In this document: positions 44,013 through 54,879 of the stretch, piece after piece | How the letters are laid out: each line of letters begins with the position of its first letter | Position numbering within the stretch: position 1 is the first letter of the stretch | Assembly: GCA_965216565.1 (NCBI GenBank) | Contig: OZ244170.1 | Coordinates: 3,520,001-3,584,000, forward strand | DNA length: 64,000 nt | Direction of reading: 5' to 3' | DNA from: Bythopirellula sp. | GTDB taxonomy: Bacteria > Planctomycetota > Planctomycetia > Pirellulales > Lacipirellulaceae | Notes under the pieces: generated by a model | What the model was told of the DNA's origin: nothing | Database searches by the model: none | What the model saw: the letters and a program-made list of their open reading frames with translations, nothing else | Made by a program: the position numbers and the translations under genes

Positions 44013-44837
44013 ATGTACACAGAATATTGGCAACTCGAGGCGAAGCCTTTTGAGTCCAACTGCGACGAGCGGTTCCACTTCCCTTGCGCCAGTCAGCAAG
44101 CAGCCCTCAACAAACTACAATATGCTGTCGACAGTGGTCGCGCTGCCGCCATGATTGCCGGTGCTTCCGGCTGCGGCAAGAGCCTGGTGATCAGGCTGCT
44201 CGAGTCGAAACTTCAAGCATCGGTCGGCAATTTCATTCAGTTGGTATTTCCTCTGATGTCGACTCGCGATTTATTAACGTATCTAGCTGAAGAAATTGGT
44301 GCACCGGCTGCCGATCCTCCGCTTAGGACTGTGGAGGAAAGCCTGCGTCGGCTCGAGTTTGCCCTGGAAGAGCGCGATCGAAGGGGGAAACATACCGTGC
44401 TGGTGATCGAGGAAGCCCATTTGCTGGAAGACTCGGGACTCCTGGAAACGCTACGGTTGCTAATCAATCTGCAAGCTGCCGGACGAACCAAACTTACGCT
44501 TCTGCTCGTCGGTCAACCGCCGCTTTTATCAGGACTGCGGAGACACGCGACCCTGGATGAGCGGCTCGACATGAAAGTGCTCCTCAAGCCATTCACGGAG
44601 CAGGAAACAGCCGACTACATAATCCACCGGCTCAATGCCGCCGGTGCCTCGCGACCCATCTTCTCGGCCGCAGCGATGGATGCTGTCCACCGGCTTTCAA
44701 GCGGTATCCCTCGGCAGATTAATCGCCTTTGCGATTTGGCCTTGGTCGTTGGTTTTGCTGCTTCGCAGGAGAGCATCGATCCCGCACATCTGGAGTCGGT
44801 CCACAAAGAGTTGGTCAGCTTTCCCGCTGCCGCCTAG
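44013..44837 (+). CDS. ExeA/GspA-family AAA+ ATPase
   Basis: MY..YWQL...PF N-terminus, GASGCGKS, LVIEEAH, LLVGQP, YIIHRL and GIPRQINRLCD. Confidence 0.9.
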   Translation: MYTEYWQLEAKPFESNCDERFHFPCASQQAALNKLQYAVDSGRAAAMIAGASGCGKSLVIRLLESKLQASVGNFIQLVFPLMSTRDLLTYLAEEIGAPAADPPLRTVEESLRRLEFALEERDRRGKHTVLVIEEAHLLEDSGLLETLRLLINLQAAGRTKLTLLLVGQPPLLSGLRRHATLDERLDMKVLLKPFTEQETADYIIHRLNAAGASRPIFSAAAMDAVHRLSSGIPRQINRLCDLALVVGFAASQESIDPAHLESVHKELVSFPAAA

Positions 44838-44917
44838 TGGTAGCGGGAGCAATGTTCTTTGGTCGCGGACTATTTCGCCAATTGTTCCCAGGTCTGTTTG
44901 CATAGTAGACTGCTGGG

Positions 44918-45688
44918 ATGGATGGCAATCTATTAGTGACCCTAGCAGGTCGTCTGGCAGCACAAGAAATATCGGCCGACGAGTTTCTGCGCCTGGCAGC
45001 AGCAGAGACTCAATCTCTCAACAATCAGGCCTCTGACTTTGCCACGGTTGATCTACAACGGTCTCAACGCTGTGGATTTCCCGAAGTCATTTTTGGGGAA
45101 GGCAAGACGCCGAAGATGATTGCGTCGATCGCCCAAGAGCTGTTGGCCGAGCAGCAACCTGTGCTAGTCACTCGCGTAGAGGAAAGCAAGTCGACACCCT
45201 TGCTGGAACAGCTATCCACAGCGCGTTACAACCGTGTCGGCAGAACGCTGAGAGTCGACCCCGAGGATTGGCAAAAACTCGCGGTCGGACAAGTGGCTGT
45301 GATCACGGCCGGCACTAGTGATTTGCCAGTGGCTGAGGAAGCGCGGGAGACGCTTGACTGGATGGGCATCGCAGCCACCATGGTGCACGACGTGGGAGTT
45401 GCGGGGCCACATCGGTTGCCGGAACGGTTGGCCGAATTTTCCGAAGCCGATGCCATCGTTGTTGTCGCGGGCATGGAAGGAGCGCTGCCCAGTGTTGTTG
45501 GCGGCTACGTGCCCTGCCCTATCTTTGCTGTGCCTACGAGCGTGGGATATGGAGCCAACCTGGGCGGCTTGGCGGCATTGCTGTCCATGCTGAATAGCTG
45601 TGCAAGTAATGTGGCCGTCGTTAATATCGATGCGGGCTTCAAGGCAGGCTACCTTGCGGGGCTCGTTGCCAAGCGACGACATCCGTAA
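44918..45688 (+). CDS. larB: nickel pincer cofactor biosynthesis protein LarB (PurE-like)
   Basis: R.GFPEVIFGEGKT, AGTSDLPVAEE, DVGVAG.HR, AGMEGAL, VPTSVGYG and VVNIDAGF. Confidence 0.9.
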   Translation: MDGNLLVTLAGRLAAQEISADEFLRLAAAETQSLNNQASDFATVDLQRSQRCGFPEVIFGEGKTPKMIASIAQELLAEQQPVLVTRVEESKSTPLLEQLSTARYNRVGRTLRVDPEDWQKLAVGQVAVITAGTSDLPVAEEARETLDWMGIAATMVHDVGVAGPHRLPERLAEFSEADAIVVVAGMEGALPSVVGGYVPCPIFAVPTSVGYGANLGGLAALLSMLNSCASNVAVVNIDAGFKAGYLAGLVAKRRHP

Positions 45689-45703
45689 TTTTCAGGCTTT
45701 GCT

Positions 45704-46582
45704 ATGTCACTAATCAATATCTCTACTGAACCACTACCGTCACTACCGACGCGTGCTGCAGACAGTCACAAGGGCGACTACGGTCGCGTGCTGGTCCTAG
45801 GTGGCTCGCGAGGAATGTCGGGTGCCCCGGCACTCGCGGGAATGGCGGCTTTGCGTAGCGGAGCAGGCCTGGTGACGCTTGCCGTTCCGGCACACATTCA
45901 GTCTACCGTTGCTTCCTTCGAGCCTGCCTATATGACGCTCAGTTGTGGGTCCGAGGAAAGTGCATCGATTACTAGCGGCGAGCGCGAAAGGCTTCTGCGT
46001 GTAGCTGGCAATATGTCGGCAGTCGCATTGGGACCAGGGATGGGAACAGATCCGAGCACTGTCACGCTCGTGCATCGGCTGTTTCAGGAACTCACGGTGC
46101 CAACGATCGTCGATGCGGATGGACTGAATGCATTGTCCAAAGACATCACTCTACTCAGCAATTCACCAGCACCACGAATTCTCACGCCTCATCCAGGCGA
46201 ATTCGCAAGGCTAGCCGGTACACAATGCTCCAATGATGAAGAGGAACGAATCACCCAAGCTGCCGAACTTTGTTGTCGTGATGAATCGGGGAATACAATC
46301 GTTGTCTTGAAAGGGCATCGGACGATCGTGACCGATGGAAATCAGTATTCGCTCAATACAACTGGCAATCCAGGCATGGCGACAGGCGGCACTGGCGATT
46401 GCTTGACGGGCATCATCGTCGCGCTATCGGGCCAAGGACTAGATCCCTTTGAAGCAGCACGATTCGGAGCCCATGTCCATGGCCTGGCCGGCGATTTGGC
46501 AGCAGCTCAAATGGGACAGATATCGATGACGGCTCGTGACCTGATAGAATTCCTACCTCAAGCATTCCTGCAATGCCAATAG
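45704..46582 (+). CDS. nnrD: ADP-dependent NAD(P)H-hydrate dehydratase
   Basis: HKGDYG, GGS..MSGA, GPGMG, DADGL, LTPHPGEF and MATGGTGD; no fused epimerase domain. Confidence 0.93.
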   Translation: MSLINISTEPLPSLPTRAADSHKGDYGRVLVLGGSRGMSGAPALAGMAALRSGAGLVTLAVPAHIQSTVASFEPAYMTLSCGSEESASITSGERERLLRVAGNMSAVALGPGMGTDPSTVTLVHRLFQELTVPTIVDADGLNALSKDITLLSNSPAPRILTPHPGEFARLAGTQCSNDEEERITQAAELCCRDESGNTIVVLKGHRTIVTDGNQYSLNTTGNPGMATGGTGDCLTGIIVALSGQGLDPFEAARFGAHVHGLAGDLAAAQMGQISMTARDLIEFLPQAFLQCQ

Positions 46583-46594
46583 CGATCAGCGAGA

Positions 46595-48178
46595 TCAGTC
46601 CTTTTCCATCGAGACCGATTGGCCATTCCACTGAATGCTAAGTTCCGCGTCGAACACCTGCTCGAACAGCCCGGCACGACGCCTGGCTGCCCAAAGATCG
46701 ACCTCGGGGAACTCGTCTGAAATCACAAGTAGCTCAACTTGATTCTTCGTACACTTCACCATCACAGCATCAATGGTCTGGTTGTGGCTACGGTCGAGTC
46801 CCCCGGCGAGTCGCAAAATGGAGGCTAGGGTAAGCACCCGTTGCTGGTCATTGGACGAGAGGCGGGAAAAATTGTCGTGCTTTTTCTTCGGCAGTGCCCC
46901 ACGGTGATAGCGGGCCACGTTGGCGATAATCTCCAACTCCTCCGGTCGAAAGCCTTCCAAATTGCTATGCAGAATCAAATGGTAAGAATGTTTGTGGTGG
47001 CCATCGTAGTTGATCAGATAGCCCACATCCTGCATGCGGGCGGCGGCATCGAGTAAGCGGCCGTTTTCCGGCTTAAGCTCGTAATGCTCGCTGAGACCCT
47101 CAAATATCTGCCCCGCCAGTTTGGCAACCTGCTGCGAGTGTTCTAGCTCAACTCCACAAGCAACGGCAAAGCGCTCCATTTGAGATATTTCATCCGGTGG
47201 ACTCTGGTTGGCGGCGCCTTGCATTTGCTCGATCATCGTGAGCAGCAAGCCATCTCGAACCCCGTAAGCATGCACTTGCAAAAGGTTCACCCGAAACCGA
47301 GACATGATGCAGTCGATCACCGTTAACCCGGGGACAATGATATCGGCGCGGTCTGGATTTAGTCCCGCAACTTCCCGGCGTTGTTTCACAGAGAGCTTTC
47401 GAAGTCGATCAATCAAGTGGCGAAGTTCTGCCCGAGATACCTGGCAACCCGCAACGGGGAGACGCGACTTGCCTTTCGAAGCCATCACCACGCCAGCAAG
47501 GTTGGTGAACGTGCCGCCCGAGCCGATGAGGAGATGGATTGGTGCTCCCGGCTTGTCGGTAACAGCCTTGAGCTCTTTTATAATCCATTTTTCCATGCGG
47601 TGGAAATCATCGCCGGCCAGCGATTGACCACCGCCGAATTTCTCGCTCAGCCGAACAGCACCGAGACGCGTGGCGAACATCGATTCAATATGTTCGCCAC
47701 TGGCAAGCACAATCTCAGTACTCCCGCCACCAATATCTGCCAGCAATGTATTCTTACCGATAAGATCGAATCGACGCCGAACGCTATGAAATGCCAGGTG
47801 CGCTTCCTTCTCGGCACTGATGACTTCGACGGACTGTCCAATCACATCTTGCGCTAAAGCGCAGAACTCGGCGCCGTTGGTCGCTTCTCGCACAGCACAG
47901 GTGGCAATGGCGCGTAAGCTCTCGACGCCCATGCCATCGGCGATGGCTTTGAAACGCCTCAAGGCGGTGAGTGAGTCGTCAATCGACTGCTGATCCAGTT
48001 TACCCGTGTTGGCCAGCGCCCTTCCAAGCCGAGTCGATTCCCGTTCTTCGTCAAGAATTCGATAGCGACCGCCAGCTTGAGCCTCAGCAATGACAACCCG
48101 GATACTATTACTGCCAATGTCGATGGCACCGAGCCGAGGAACGAGATCGGGGGCAAGATAAGCTTGTTGTTCCGGCAT
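46595..48178 (-). CDS. ppx: Ppx/GppA exopolyphosphatase family protein with C-terminal HD-like domain
   Basis: AIDIGSNS, ATCAVREA, DIGGGSTE, RADII and GVRDG; C-terminal MQDVG...HHKHSY. Confidence 0.92.
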   Translation of the reverse strand: MPEQQAYLAPDLVPRLGAIDIGSNSIRVVIAEAQAGGRYRILDEERESTRLGRALANTGKLDQQSIDDSLTALRRFKAIADGMGVESLRAIATCAVREATNGAEFCALAQDVIGQSVEVISAEKEAHLAFHSVRRRFDLIGKNTLLADIGGGSTEIVLASGEHIESMFATRLGAVRLSEKFGGGQSLAGDDFHRMEKWIIKELKAVTDKPGAPIHLLIGSGGTFTNLAGVVMASKGKSRLPVAGCQVSRAELRHLIDRLRKLSVKQRREVAGLNPDRADIIVPGLTVIDCIMSRFRVNLLQVHAYGVRDGLLLTMIEQMQGAANQSPPDEISQMERFAVACGVELEHSQQVAKLAGQIFEGLSEHYELKPENGRLLDAAARMQDVGYLINYDGHHKHSYHLILHSNLEGFRPEELEIIANVARYHRGALPKKKHDNFSRLSSNDQQRVLTLASILRLAGGLDRSHNQTIDAVMVKCTKNQVELLVISDEFPEVDLWAARRRAGLFEQVFDAELSIQWNGQSVSMEKD

Positions 48179-48348
48179 CCGGGAACCAAAGGGGTAGTGG
48201 TGGTCGTCATCCTAAACGGCTTCTGCGGAGAGCGAAAAGTCAGTCCATTAACTAAGAGTCGTTGACCACTTCGCCTATTGGCAGAATAATCGTGAAACAA
48301 CCACAGGACAAGCGACCCGCTCGATTTAACAACTTTGCGACCCATTCA

Positions 48349-49275
48349 GTGCCCATAATTCGCGATTTAAATGCCCTCTCCGAAACCGCTCGTGGGGGTG
48401 CTGTAGGGATTGGTAATTTCGACGGAGTTCATCGCGGTCACTTGCGCATCGTCGAGCGTTTGCTTCAGAGAGCTAAAGACGTCGGCGGACCTGCGGTCGT
48501 GTTTACCTTTGATCCGCACCCGGTGCGTATTTTGCGACCAGAGCAATGCCCACCCCCACTCACCTGGACCCTCCGCAAGGCCCAACTGCTGGCTGAACAC
48601 GGCGTTGACCAGATCGTTGCCTACCCGACAGACGAAGCACTACTGCAACTCACTGCTAAGCAGTTCTTCGACAAGATCATTCGCGACTCGCTTCAAGCCC
48701 AAGCAATGGTCGAAGGGCCTAACTTTTATTTTGGACACAATCGGGAAGGCAATATTCAGAAGTTGGAAGAGCTAACCTCCGAGGCAGGAATTTCACTAGA
48801 CATCGTCCAACCCTATGCACTCGATGGCACGATGGTTTCCAGCTCGCTGATTCGCCAGCTTGTGGCCCAGGGGGAAGTAGCGCAAGCTGCCAAGATGCTC
48901 TCTGCTCCCTACCGCATCCGAGGAATGGTGACTCATGGAGCGGCACGTGGTGCTAAAATGGGCTTCCCCACTGCAAACCTGGAAGCCGTTGATACTTTAC
49001 TGCCCGGTACTGGTGTCTACGCTGGACGTGCCATCCTTGAAGGGATCGAGTACCCCGCGGCCATCAATCTTGGACCGAACCCCACTTTCGGTGAAGGACT
49101 ACTCAAGGTGGAAGTTCATTTGATTGATTTTGCCGACGCCATTTATGGGCAGACGTTGGAAGTTGAATTTTTGTCGAGACTAAGAGACATTACAAACTTT
49201 GATTCACAAGATGCGTTAGTTGCCCAACTTCAGCAAGACGTCCAGAAATGTCGAGACATTGCTGAGGATAATTAA
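48349..49275 (+). CDS. ribF: bifunctional riboflavin kinase/FAD synthetase
   Basis: [30 protein letters not shown] and EVHL; GTG start at 48349 inferred. Confidence 0.96.
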   Translation: MPIIRDLNALSETARGGAVGIGNFDGVHRGHLRIVERLLQRAKDVGGPAVVFTFDPHPVRILRPEQCPPPLTWTLRKAQLLAEHGVDQIVAYPTDEALLQLTAKQFFDKIIRDSLQAQAMVEGPNFYFGHNREGNIQKLEELTSEAGISLDIVQPYALDGTMVSSSLIRQLVAQGEVAQAAKMLSAPYRIRGMVTHGAARGAKMGFPTANLEAVDTLLPGTGVYAGRAILEGIEYPAAINLGPNPTFGEGLLKVEVHLIDFADAIYGQTLEVEFLSRLRDITNFDSQDALVAQLQQDVQKCRDIAEDN

Positions 49276-49343
49276 CTGATGGCAATCAAAAGCCTCATGC
49301 TTGCCAGCCACGAGCGAATCGGGTACAAGCGAGACAGAATTTT

Positions 49344-50138
49344 ATGAAGCAGTACCTACAACTTCTCGATCATGTTCTTAAAAGCGGCGTAGCAAAATCG
49401 GACCGCACAGGTACCGGTACGCGCAGTGTATTTGGCTACCAAATGCGATTTGACCTCGGCCAAGGCTTTCCTTTGCTGACCACCAAAAAACTCCACTTGC
49501 GATCGATCATTCACGAATTGTTGTGGTTCTTGCGTGGTGAGACGAATGTTCAATATCTGAAAGAGCAGAAGGTTTCGATCTGGGACGAATGGGCAGACGA
49601 GCAAGGCGAATTGGGGCCCGTCTACGGTAAGCAATGGCGAAGTTGGAGTACGCCAGATGGCCGGTCGATTGATCAGATTTCTGAGGTGGTCGAAATGATT
49701 CGCACGAATCCCGATTCTCGGCGACTCATCGTCAGCGCGTGGAACGTTGGAGACGTACCGCAGATGGCGTTGCCGCCCTGCCACCTGCTTTTTCAGTTCT
49801 ATGTTGCGGAGGGCCGTCTTTCTTGCCAGCTTTATCAGCGCAGTGCCGACATCTTTCTAGGGGTTCCCTTCAACATCGCTTCTTACGCTCTGCTGACCAT
49901 GATGATGGCACAGGTAACTGGCCTCGAGCCAGGTGACTTTGTGCATACCCTCGGCGATGCCCATTTGTACGACAATCATTTGGAGCAAGCGCAGCTACAA
50001 CTTTCGCGAGAACCAGGGGCCTTGCCTACGATGCATCTCAATCAAGAAGTGGGCTCTCTATTCGATTTCACATTCGAAGACTTTCAGCTAAAAGATTACA
50101 ATCCCCAGCCCCATATCTCGGCACCAGTCGCTGTATAA
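49344..50138 (+). CDS. thyA: thymidylate synthase
   Basis: DRTGTGT, LGPVYG, ALPPCH and [14 protein letters not shown]. Confidence 0.99.
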   Translation: MKQYLQLLDHVLKSGVAKSDRTGTGTRSVFGYQMRFDLGQGFPLLTTKKLHLRSIIHELLWFLRGETNVQYLKEQKVSIWDEWADEQGELGPVYGKQWRSWSTPDGRSIDQISEVVEMIRTNPDSRRLIVSAWNVGDVPQMALPPCHLLFQFYVAEGRLSCQLYQRSADIFLGVPFNIASYALLTMMMAQVTGLEPGDFVHTLGDAHLYDNHLEQAQLQLSREPGALPTMHLNQEVGSLFDFTFEDFQLKDYNPQPHISAPVAV

Positions 50139-50171
50139 TCAAAGCGATTGACCAAGAATACGCGAATCTCT

Positions 50172-50678
50172 ATGCAACTCAGCCTGATTGTCGCACTTGC
50201 AGAGAACGGAATCATTGGTCGCGACGGCGACCTACCCTGGCACCTATCGGCCGACTTGCAGAGGTTCAAGCGATTGACGATGGGGGGCGCAATATTGATG
50301 GGGCGTAAAACCTGGGAATCCATCGGCAGACCATTGCCGGGGCGCAGGTCGATCGTGATCTCACGCCAATCGGACTACCATACTGGGTTCGACGAAGTGA
50401 TCGTAACCGCGAATCTCGACGATGCACTCTCCCATGCGCGTAGTCACGAGTCTGCCGAGGAGGAAGCGTTCGTCATTGGAGGCGCACGGATCTACGAAAT
50501 GTGTCTCCCTCGGACGGATTGGCTCTATGTGACGCGCGTCCACGCCGAAGTGACTGGCGATGTGACGTTTCCCGAGGTCCAGTGGGCCGACTGGCAAATT
50601 GTGAGCGAAGATTCGCATGCCGCAGACGAGAAAAACGATTTCTCACACACTTACCAAGTATGGCAAAGAAAAAACTAA
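50172..50678 (+). CDS. folA: dihydrofolate reductase
   Basis: LIVA..NGIIG..GDLPWHLSADL, MGRKTWES, RPLPGR and IGGA.IY. Confidence 0.97.
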   Translation: MQLSLIVALAENGIIGRDGDLPWHLSADLQRFKRLTMGGAILMGRKTWESIGRPLPGRRSIVISRQSDYHTGFDEVIVTANLDDALSHARSHESAEEEAFVIGGARIYEMCLPRTDWLYVTRVHAEVTGDVTFPEVQWADWQIVSEDSHAADEKNDFSHTYQVWQRKN

Positions 50679-51253
50679 CTCGCTGCCAGTGGACCGAAGC
50701 TCAGGTCGACCCCGCCTACTTGAAATATCATGACGAAGAATGGGGAGTACCGGTCCACGACGACCGTAAGCAATTCGAGTTTCTCACACTCGAAAGTGCC
50801 CAGGCTGGCCTCAGTTGGTGGACGGTACTCAATAAACGGCAAGGTTACCGCAAGGCATTCGCCGAGTTCGATCCCGTGCGAGTTGCACGGTTCACCGACA
50901 AGCGGATCGAACGGCTTCTCAAGGATCCTTCAATCATTCGCAATCGGCTGAAAGTTGCCGCAGCGGTGAATAATGCGAAACGCTTTCTAGAAGTTCAGGA
51001 AGAATTCGGATCCTTCGACGATTACATCTGGCAGTTTGTGGACGGACGTCCAATACAAAACAATTGGCGACGCTTAGAAGAGGTCCCAGCAACTACGAAA
51101 GAATCCGATTCACTAAGCAAAGACCTCAAGCAGCGCGGCTTCAAGTTTGTAGGCAGCACCATCGTTTATGCACACATGCAGGCGGTGGGAATGGTCAACG
51201 ACCACCAAACCAACTGCTTTCGCCACCGTGAATGTGCCAAGCTAAGCCAGTGA
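50660..51253 (+). CDS. tag: DNA-3-methyladenine glycosylase I
   Basis: RCQW...YHDEEWG, LESAQAGLSW, IIRNRLK, FKFVG and NDH...C; ATG at 50660. Confidence 0.96.
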   Translation: MAKKKLTRCQWTEAQVDPAYLKYHDEEWGVPVHDDRKQFEFLTLESAQAGLSWWTVLNKRQGYRKAFAEFDPVRVARFTDKRIERLLKDPSIIRNRLKVAAAVNNAKRFLEVQEEFGSFDDYIWQFVDGRPIQNNWRRLEEVPATTKESDSLSKDLKQRGFKFVGSTIVYAHMQAVGMVNDHQTNCFRHRECAKLSQ

Positions 51254-51256
51254 AGC

Positions 51257-52198
51257 CTAACCATCGCCGAAGGGAATGATTTCATCCAGAGTCTTTTCTC
51301 CGCAGCCCAGCATCGCTAGGCGGTCGAATCCAAGAGCACAGCCCGAACAGGCTGGCAATCCCGTCTCCATGGCCGCCAGTAGCGACTCGGGCAGCGGCAG
51401 GCAGTCCCTGCCGTCAGCCTGACGGGCCTCATTTACGGTGTGAAGCCGAGAGCGGAGTTCCTGGGCATCGGTCAACTCGTGGTAGCCATTGGCTAGTTCG
51501 ACTCCTTGCCAGTACATCTCGAACCGCTCCGCCACCTGATCGCCATCCGGCTCCTCAACAATCTTCGCAAGGGCAGCCTGACTGGCGGGATAGTGGTAGA
51601 GTATCTCGGGTTCTGATTTGCCTAGTTGGGGCTCCACTTTGGTAGCCAACAGAAAATTGAGCCATTCGTCGCGATCGCTCGTACACATGCCTGCAGGCGT
51701 TTCGATATCAAGTGCCCCAAACTCTTTGGCTGTTGACTGATGGGGGTTCACACCGACGAACTTCTGAAATGCCTCCCCATAGCTGGTGCGTTTGGCGGGC
51801 GGTGTCTGCACCAAGGCTTGCAGCAGTTCATCTAAAAGATTCATGCCGCCCTGCATATCGTCCCCCACTCGATACCATTCAACGATCGTAAACTCAGGGC
51901 GATGCAGTGCCCCACGTTCCTCGCCGCGGAATGATCTGGTGACTTGAAACAGGGCCTCCATCCCTGCCGCCACTAGCCGTTTCATATGAAGTTCCGGCGA
52001 GGCCTGGAGCCACTCCGGCATTGAATCGCTCGCGCTCTGAGCACACAAGACGCTTCGCGGTTCGATATGGAGTTCTGGTATCACTTCGTGAGACACCAGC
52101 GGAGTTTCGACCTCAACAAAATCCCTATTAAGAAAGAACTGACGCAGCTTCGCCAAGAGAATGCTTTTTTGCCGCAACAGTTCAAGGTTGATAGCCAT
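51257..52198 (-). CDS. epmA: EF-P lysine aminoacylase EpmA (GenX/PoxA)
   Basis: LysRS catalytic domain only: VEVETP, SPELHMKRL, FRGEE, ERFE..GVELANG and GCALGFDRL. Confidence 0.92.
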   Translation of the reverse strand: MAINLELLRQKSILLAKLRQFFLNRDFVEVETPLVSHEVIPELHIEPRSVLCAQSASDSMPEWLQASPELHMKRLVAAGMEALFQVTRSFRGEERGALHRPEFTIVEWYRVGDDMQGGMNLLDELLQALVQTPPAKRTSYGEAFQKFVGVNPHQSTAKEFGALDIETPAGMCTSDRDEWLNFLLATKVEPQLGKSEPEILYHYPASQAALAKIVEEPDGDQVAERFEMYWQGVELANGYHELTDAQELRSRLHTVNEARQADGRDCLPLPESLLAAMETGLPACSGCALGFDRLAMLGCGEKTLDEIIPFGDG

Positions 52199-52225
52199 AA
52201 CACTTGCTGAAATGAACGCTGCTTC

Positions 52226-54160
52226 TTACTTGACAGGTTGACCGGGCAACAGCGGCGGCATCGGGCAGTCGAGCATATCGCAAATTCCCCGCAACAGTTC
52301 CGCCTCGCGAATTTTCACTTGATCGTCCGCACAAATAGCGGCAGCACAGGCATCGACTAGCCGCTCGCGAAGCTTAGGCGAGACCGAGGCGAGCTCGGTC
52401 AACGCCTGATCGAGTTCAGCAAGTTTGCATTTCTCCTGCGGCAGCAATTCGATGCGGACTTTCGGCAGATGCTGTGCGGCTTCGGCCAGGGCCGCGACTG
52501 CATTGTCTGGTGAATTTCCCGTATAGGCCAAAGTCGAGAGCAGTATCGAACATTCTTCGCCCAGGCGAGTCAATGCATAGTATCGAATCCGCGGTGGGCT
52601 GGCTGTTTCGAACTGCGGACGTAAGTGCCGCAACAACACCCGATGCAAGGTCCACTCGAATAAGGCAACTCGATCGTCGGCACGAACCAGTTCCCTGAAT
52701 GCCAAGGAAAACTCGCGATACTGTGGTTTGGTCATTGCCCGTAACGCAGGAAGTGCCATATCTACTAACGGCAGCCGAGTTCGAGTATCGAGCTCATCCA
52801 CAATCTTGGAGACGGCCTGCGTGAGTTGCACGACGTCTGGGCGAATATTTTTCGCTAACGCTTCGAATTGCTTTTTCCGAACAGAGCCATTCTTGTCTAG
52901 CAGTAGCGAAAAAATTACAGCCCGTGCGCCGTAAGCCTCGTGAACCACGGCTACCAGTTCGTCGGGCAGTTGATCGACTAACTCGTGTGCATAGGTCCGA
53001 TGTTGTTCAGTGGGGCTACCAACCTGATCGGCAGCATCCTCGACCACATCCACAGGCACTTCGTCTCCTTGAAATTGCGAACCGACGAGTCCCGCAGCTC
53101 CTGCAATTTCGACATAGGCCGAGGGTTTGGCAGGCATCGCAGGAAACTTTCCATTCCACTCGGGATCGAGAGCCAGGATTCGCTTGCCTAGTGGCGGATG
53201 CGTTGCCATCAATCCGGTGAAACCCTCCCGAACGCCTTGCCCGAAATACATGTGGCTCATCTCAGCCGCGTTGGCATGTTCGATTCTCGAACCGAAGACG
53301 GCGGCCCCGATACGCTTCAGCGCTCCTGCTATCCCACCAGGGTTGCGCGTGAATTGCACCGCAGAAGCGTCGGCCAGGTACTCTCGCTGCCTGGATACCG
53401 CGGCCTTAATCAAACCACCGATCGTAGTGCCGACAAATCCGAGGATCACCAGCACCAGCCCAACTAGAAATAGGTAGGCCACGCCGCCGTTCTTAGAGTT
53501 GCGGCTGCTTCCGCGACCACTGTGGGCAGCAATCCGGAAGAGGAATCTTCCAATCAGTCCCATCAGCAATATGCCATGAAGAATACCGATCAATCGGATG
53601 TTGAGTCGCATGTCGCCGTTGAGAATATGACTAAACTCGTGGGCCACCACGCCTTGCAGCTGCTCGCGGGTGAGTTGCTCGGCAGTGCCTCGCGTGACGG
53701 CGACAACCGCGTCGCTAGGAGAATAGCCCGCCGCAAAGGCATTAATCCCCTGTTCCTGAGCCAACATATAGACAGGCGGAACAGGAACTCCGGAAGCGAT
53801 CGCCATTTCCTCAACGACGTTTAGCACGCGGCGTTCGATGGGATCGTTCGTATTCGTATGAATCCGCGTCCCACCAACGGCTTCGGCCACGGTTGTGCCA
53901 CCGCCGCTGAGCGCGGCTACCTTGTACGCACTGCCACCCAGAATCAAGACCAGAGTAGCAGCGCCAACTAATAAACAAATAGCAATCTCGTCGGAACCAA
54001 AGTTGACTGCGCTTCCTCGGTCCTGCGCCGAGGCAACCGCCAATGCAGTGGCCGCGACTACCAAACCAACGATAATAACGACGGCCAGCACGAACATGGC
54101 CACCAGCCACTTGGTGCTGCGACGGGCATCGCTTTGGCGCTGAAAAAAATTGGTAGACAT
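52226..54160 (-). CDS. M48-family metallopeptidase (HtpX-like, long C-terminal extension)
   Basis: NFF..Q N-terminus, TMs, INAFAAG, VAHEFSH, SRQREYLAD and THPPL. Confidence 0.9.
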   Translation of the reverse strand: MSTNFFQRQSDARRSTKWLVAMFVLAVVIIVGLVVAATALAVASAQDRGSAVNFGSDEIAICLLVGAATLVLILGGSAYKVAALSGGGTTVAEAVGGTRIHTNTNDPIERRVLNVVEEMAIASGVPVPPVYMLAQEQGINAFAAGYSPSDAVVAVTRGTAEQLTREQLQGVVAHEFSHILNGDMRLNIRLIGILHGILLMGLIGRFLFRIAAHSGRGSSRNSKNGGVAYLFLVGLVLVILGFVGTTIGGLIKAAVSRQREYLADASAVQFTRNPGGIAGALKRIGAAVFGSRIEHANAAEMSHMYFGQGVREGFTGLMATHPPLGKRILALDPEWNGKFPAMPAKPSAYVEIAGAAGLVGSQFQGDEVPVDVVEDAADQVGSPTEQHRTYAHELVDQLPDELVAVVHEAYGARAVIFSLLLDKNGSVRKKQFEALAKNIRPDVVQLTQAVSKIVDELDTRTRLPLVDMALPALRAMTKPQYREFSLAFRELVRADDRVALFEWTLHRVLLRHLRPQFETASPPRIRYYALTRLGEECSILLSTLAYTGNSPDNAVAALAEAAQHLPKVRIELLPQEKCKLAELDQALTELASVSPKLRERLVDACAAAICADDQVKIREAELLRGICDMLDCPMPPLLPGQPVK

Positions 54161-54279
54161 CGGCTAAGAATAGGGGGACAGAGTTCTATGCACGTCGGCT
54201 TGTAGGCCACTTCGTACAGTTTGCATACGGGCAAAGATGCTACTAGCTAGCTCTTCCCCGACTACTCAATCCTGCTCCC

Positions 54280-54879
54280 TCAAAACGATACCTTCGGCGC
54301 TTCGGCGATGGCTTCGCTGTCGAATTGCAGAAGCTCTGCATCCGTCGCATGACCGAGCATATTCGCAAAGACCACAGGAGGAAACGTTTGGCGGTACGTG
54401 TTGTATTCGGTCGCCGAGTCGTTGTACGCTTGCCGGGCGAAGGCAACTCGATTTTCTGTCGACGTCAGTTCCTCGGTAAGTTGGGCCATATTCTGATTGG
54501 CCTTCAAATCGGGATAGGCCTCGGAAAGTGCAAACAGCTTTCCTAACGCGCCAGAGAGCATGTTCTCAGCACCAGCCAATTCCTGCATAGCAGCCGGGGC
54601 GCCTGGGTTGGCCGCCGCTTTTTGCAGCACACCCGCCGCTTGGTTACGGGCATTAATAACAGCTTCGAGCGTATCTTTCTCATGGTCCATATAGCCCTTG
54701 GCCACCTCGACTAAATTGGGAATCAAGTCGTAGCGACGCTTGAGCTGAACTTCAATCTGCGAAAAGGCATTTTCGAATCGATTCTTGAGTGCCACTAGGC
54801 GGTTGTAGACCCCAACACCATACATTGCGAGCAACAACGCTAAGCCACCAATTACTGCCAACATGATCCACGCTGTCAT
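54280..54879 (-). CDS. lemA: LemA family protein
   Basis: N-terminal TM, YN.LV, QLKRRYDLIPNLV, EAYPDLKA and ENRVAFARQAYN. Confidence 0.95.
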   Translation of the reverse strand: MTAWIMLAVIGGLALLLAMYGVGVYNRLVALKNRFENAFSQIEVQLKRRYDLIPNLVEVAKGYMDHEKDTLEAVINARNQAAGVLQKAAANPGAPAAMQELAGAENMLSGALGKLFALSEAYPDLKANQNMAQLTEELTSTENRVAFARQAYNDSATEYNTYRQTFPPVVFANMLGHATDAELLQFDSEAIAEAPKVSF

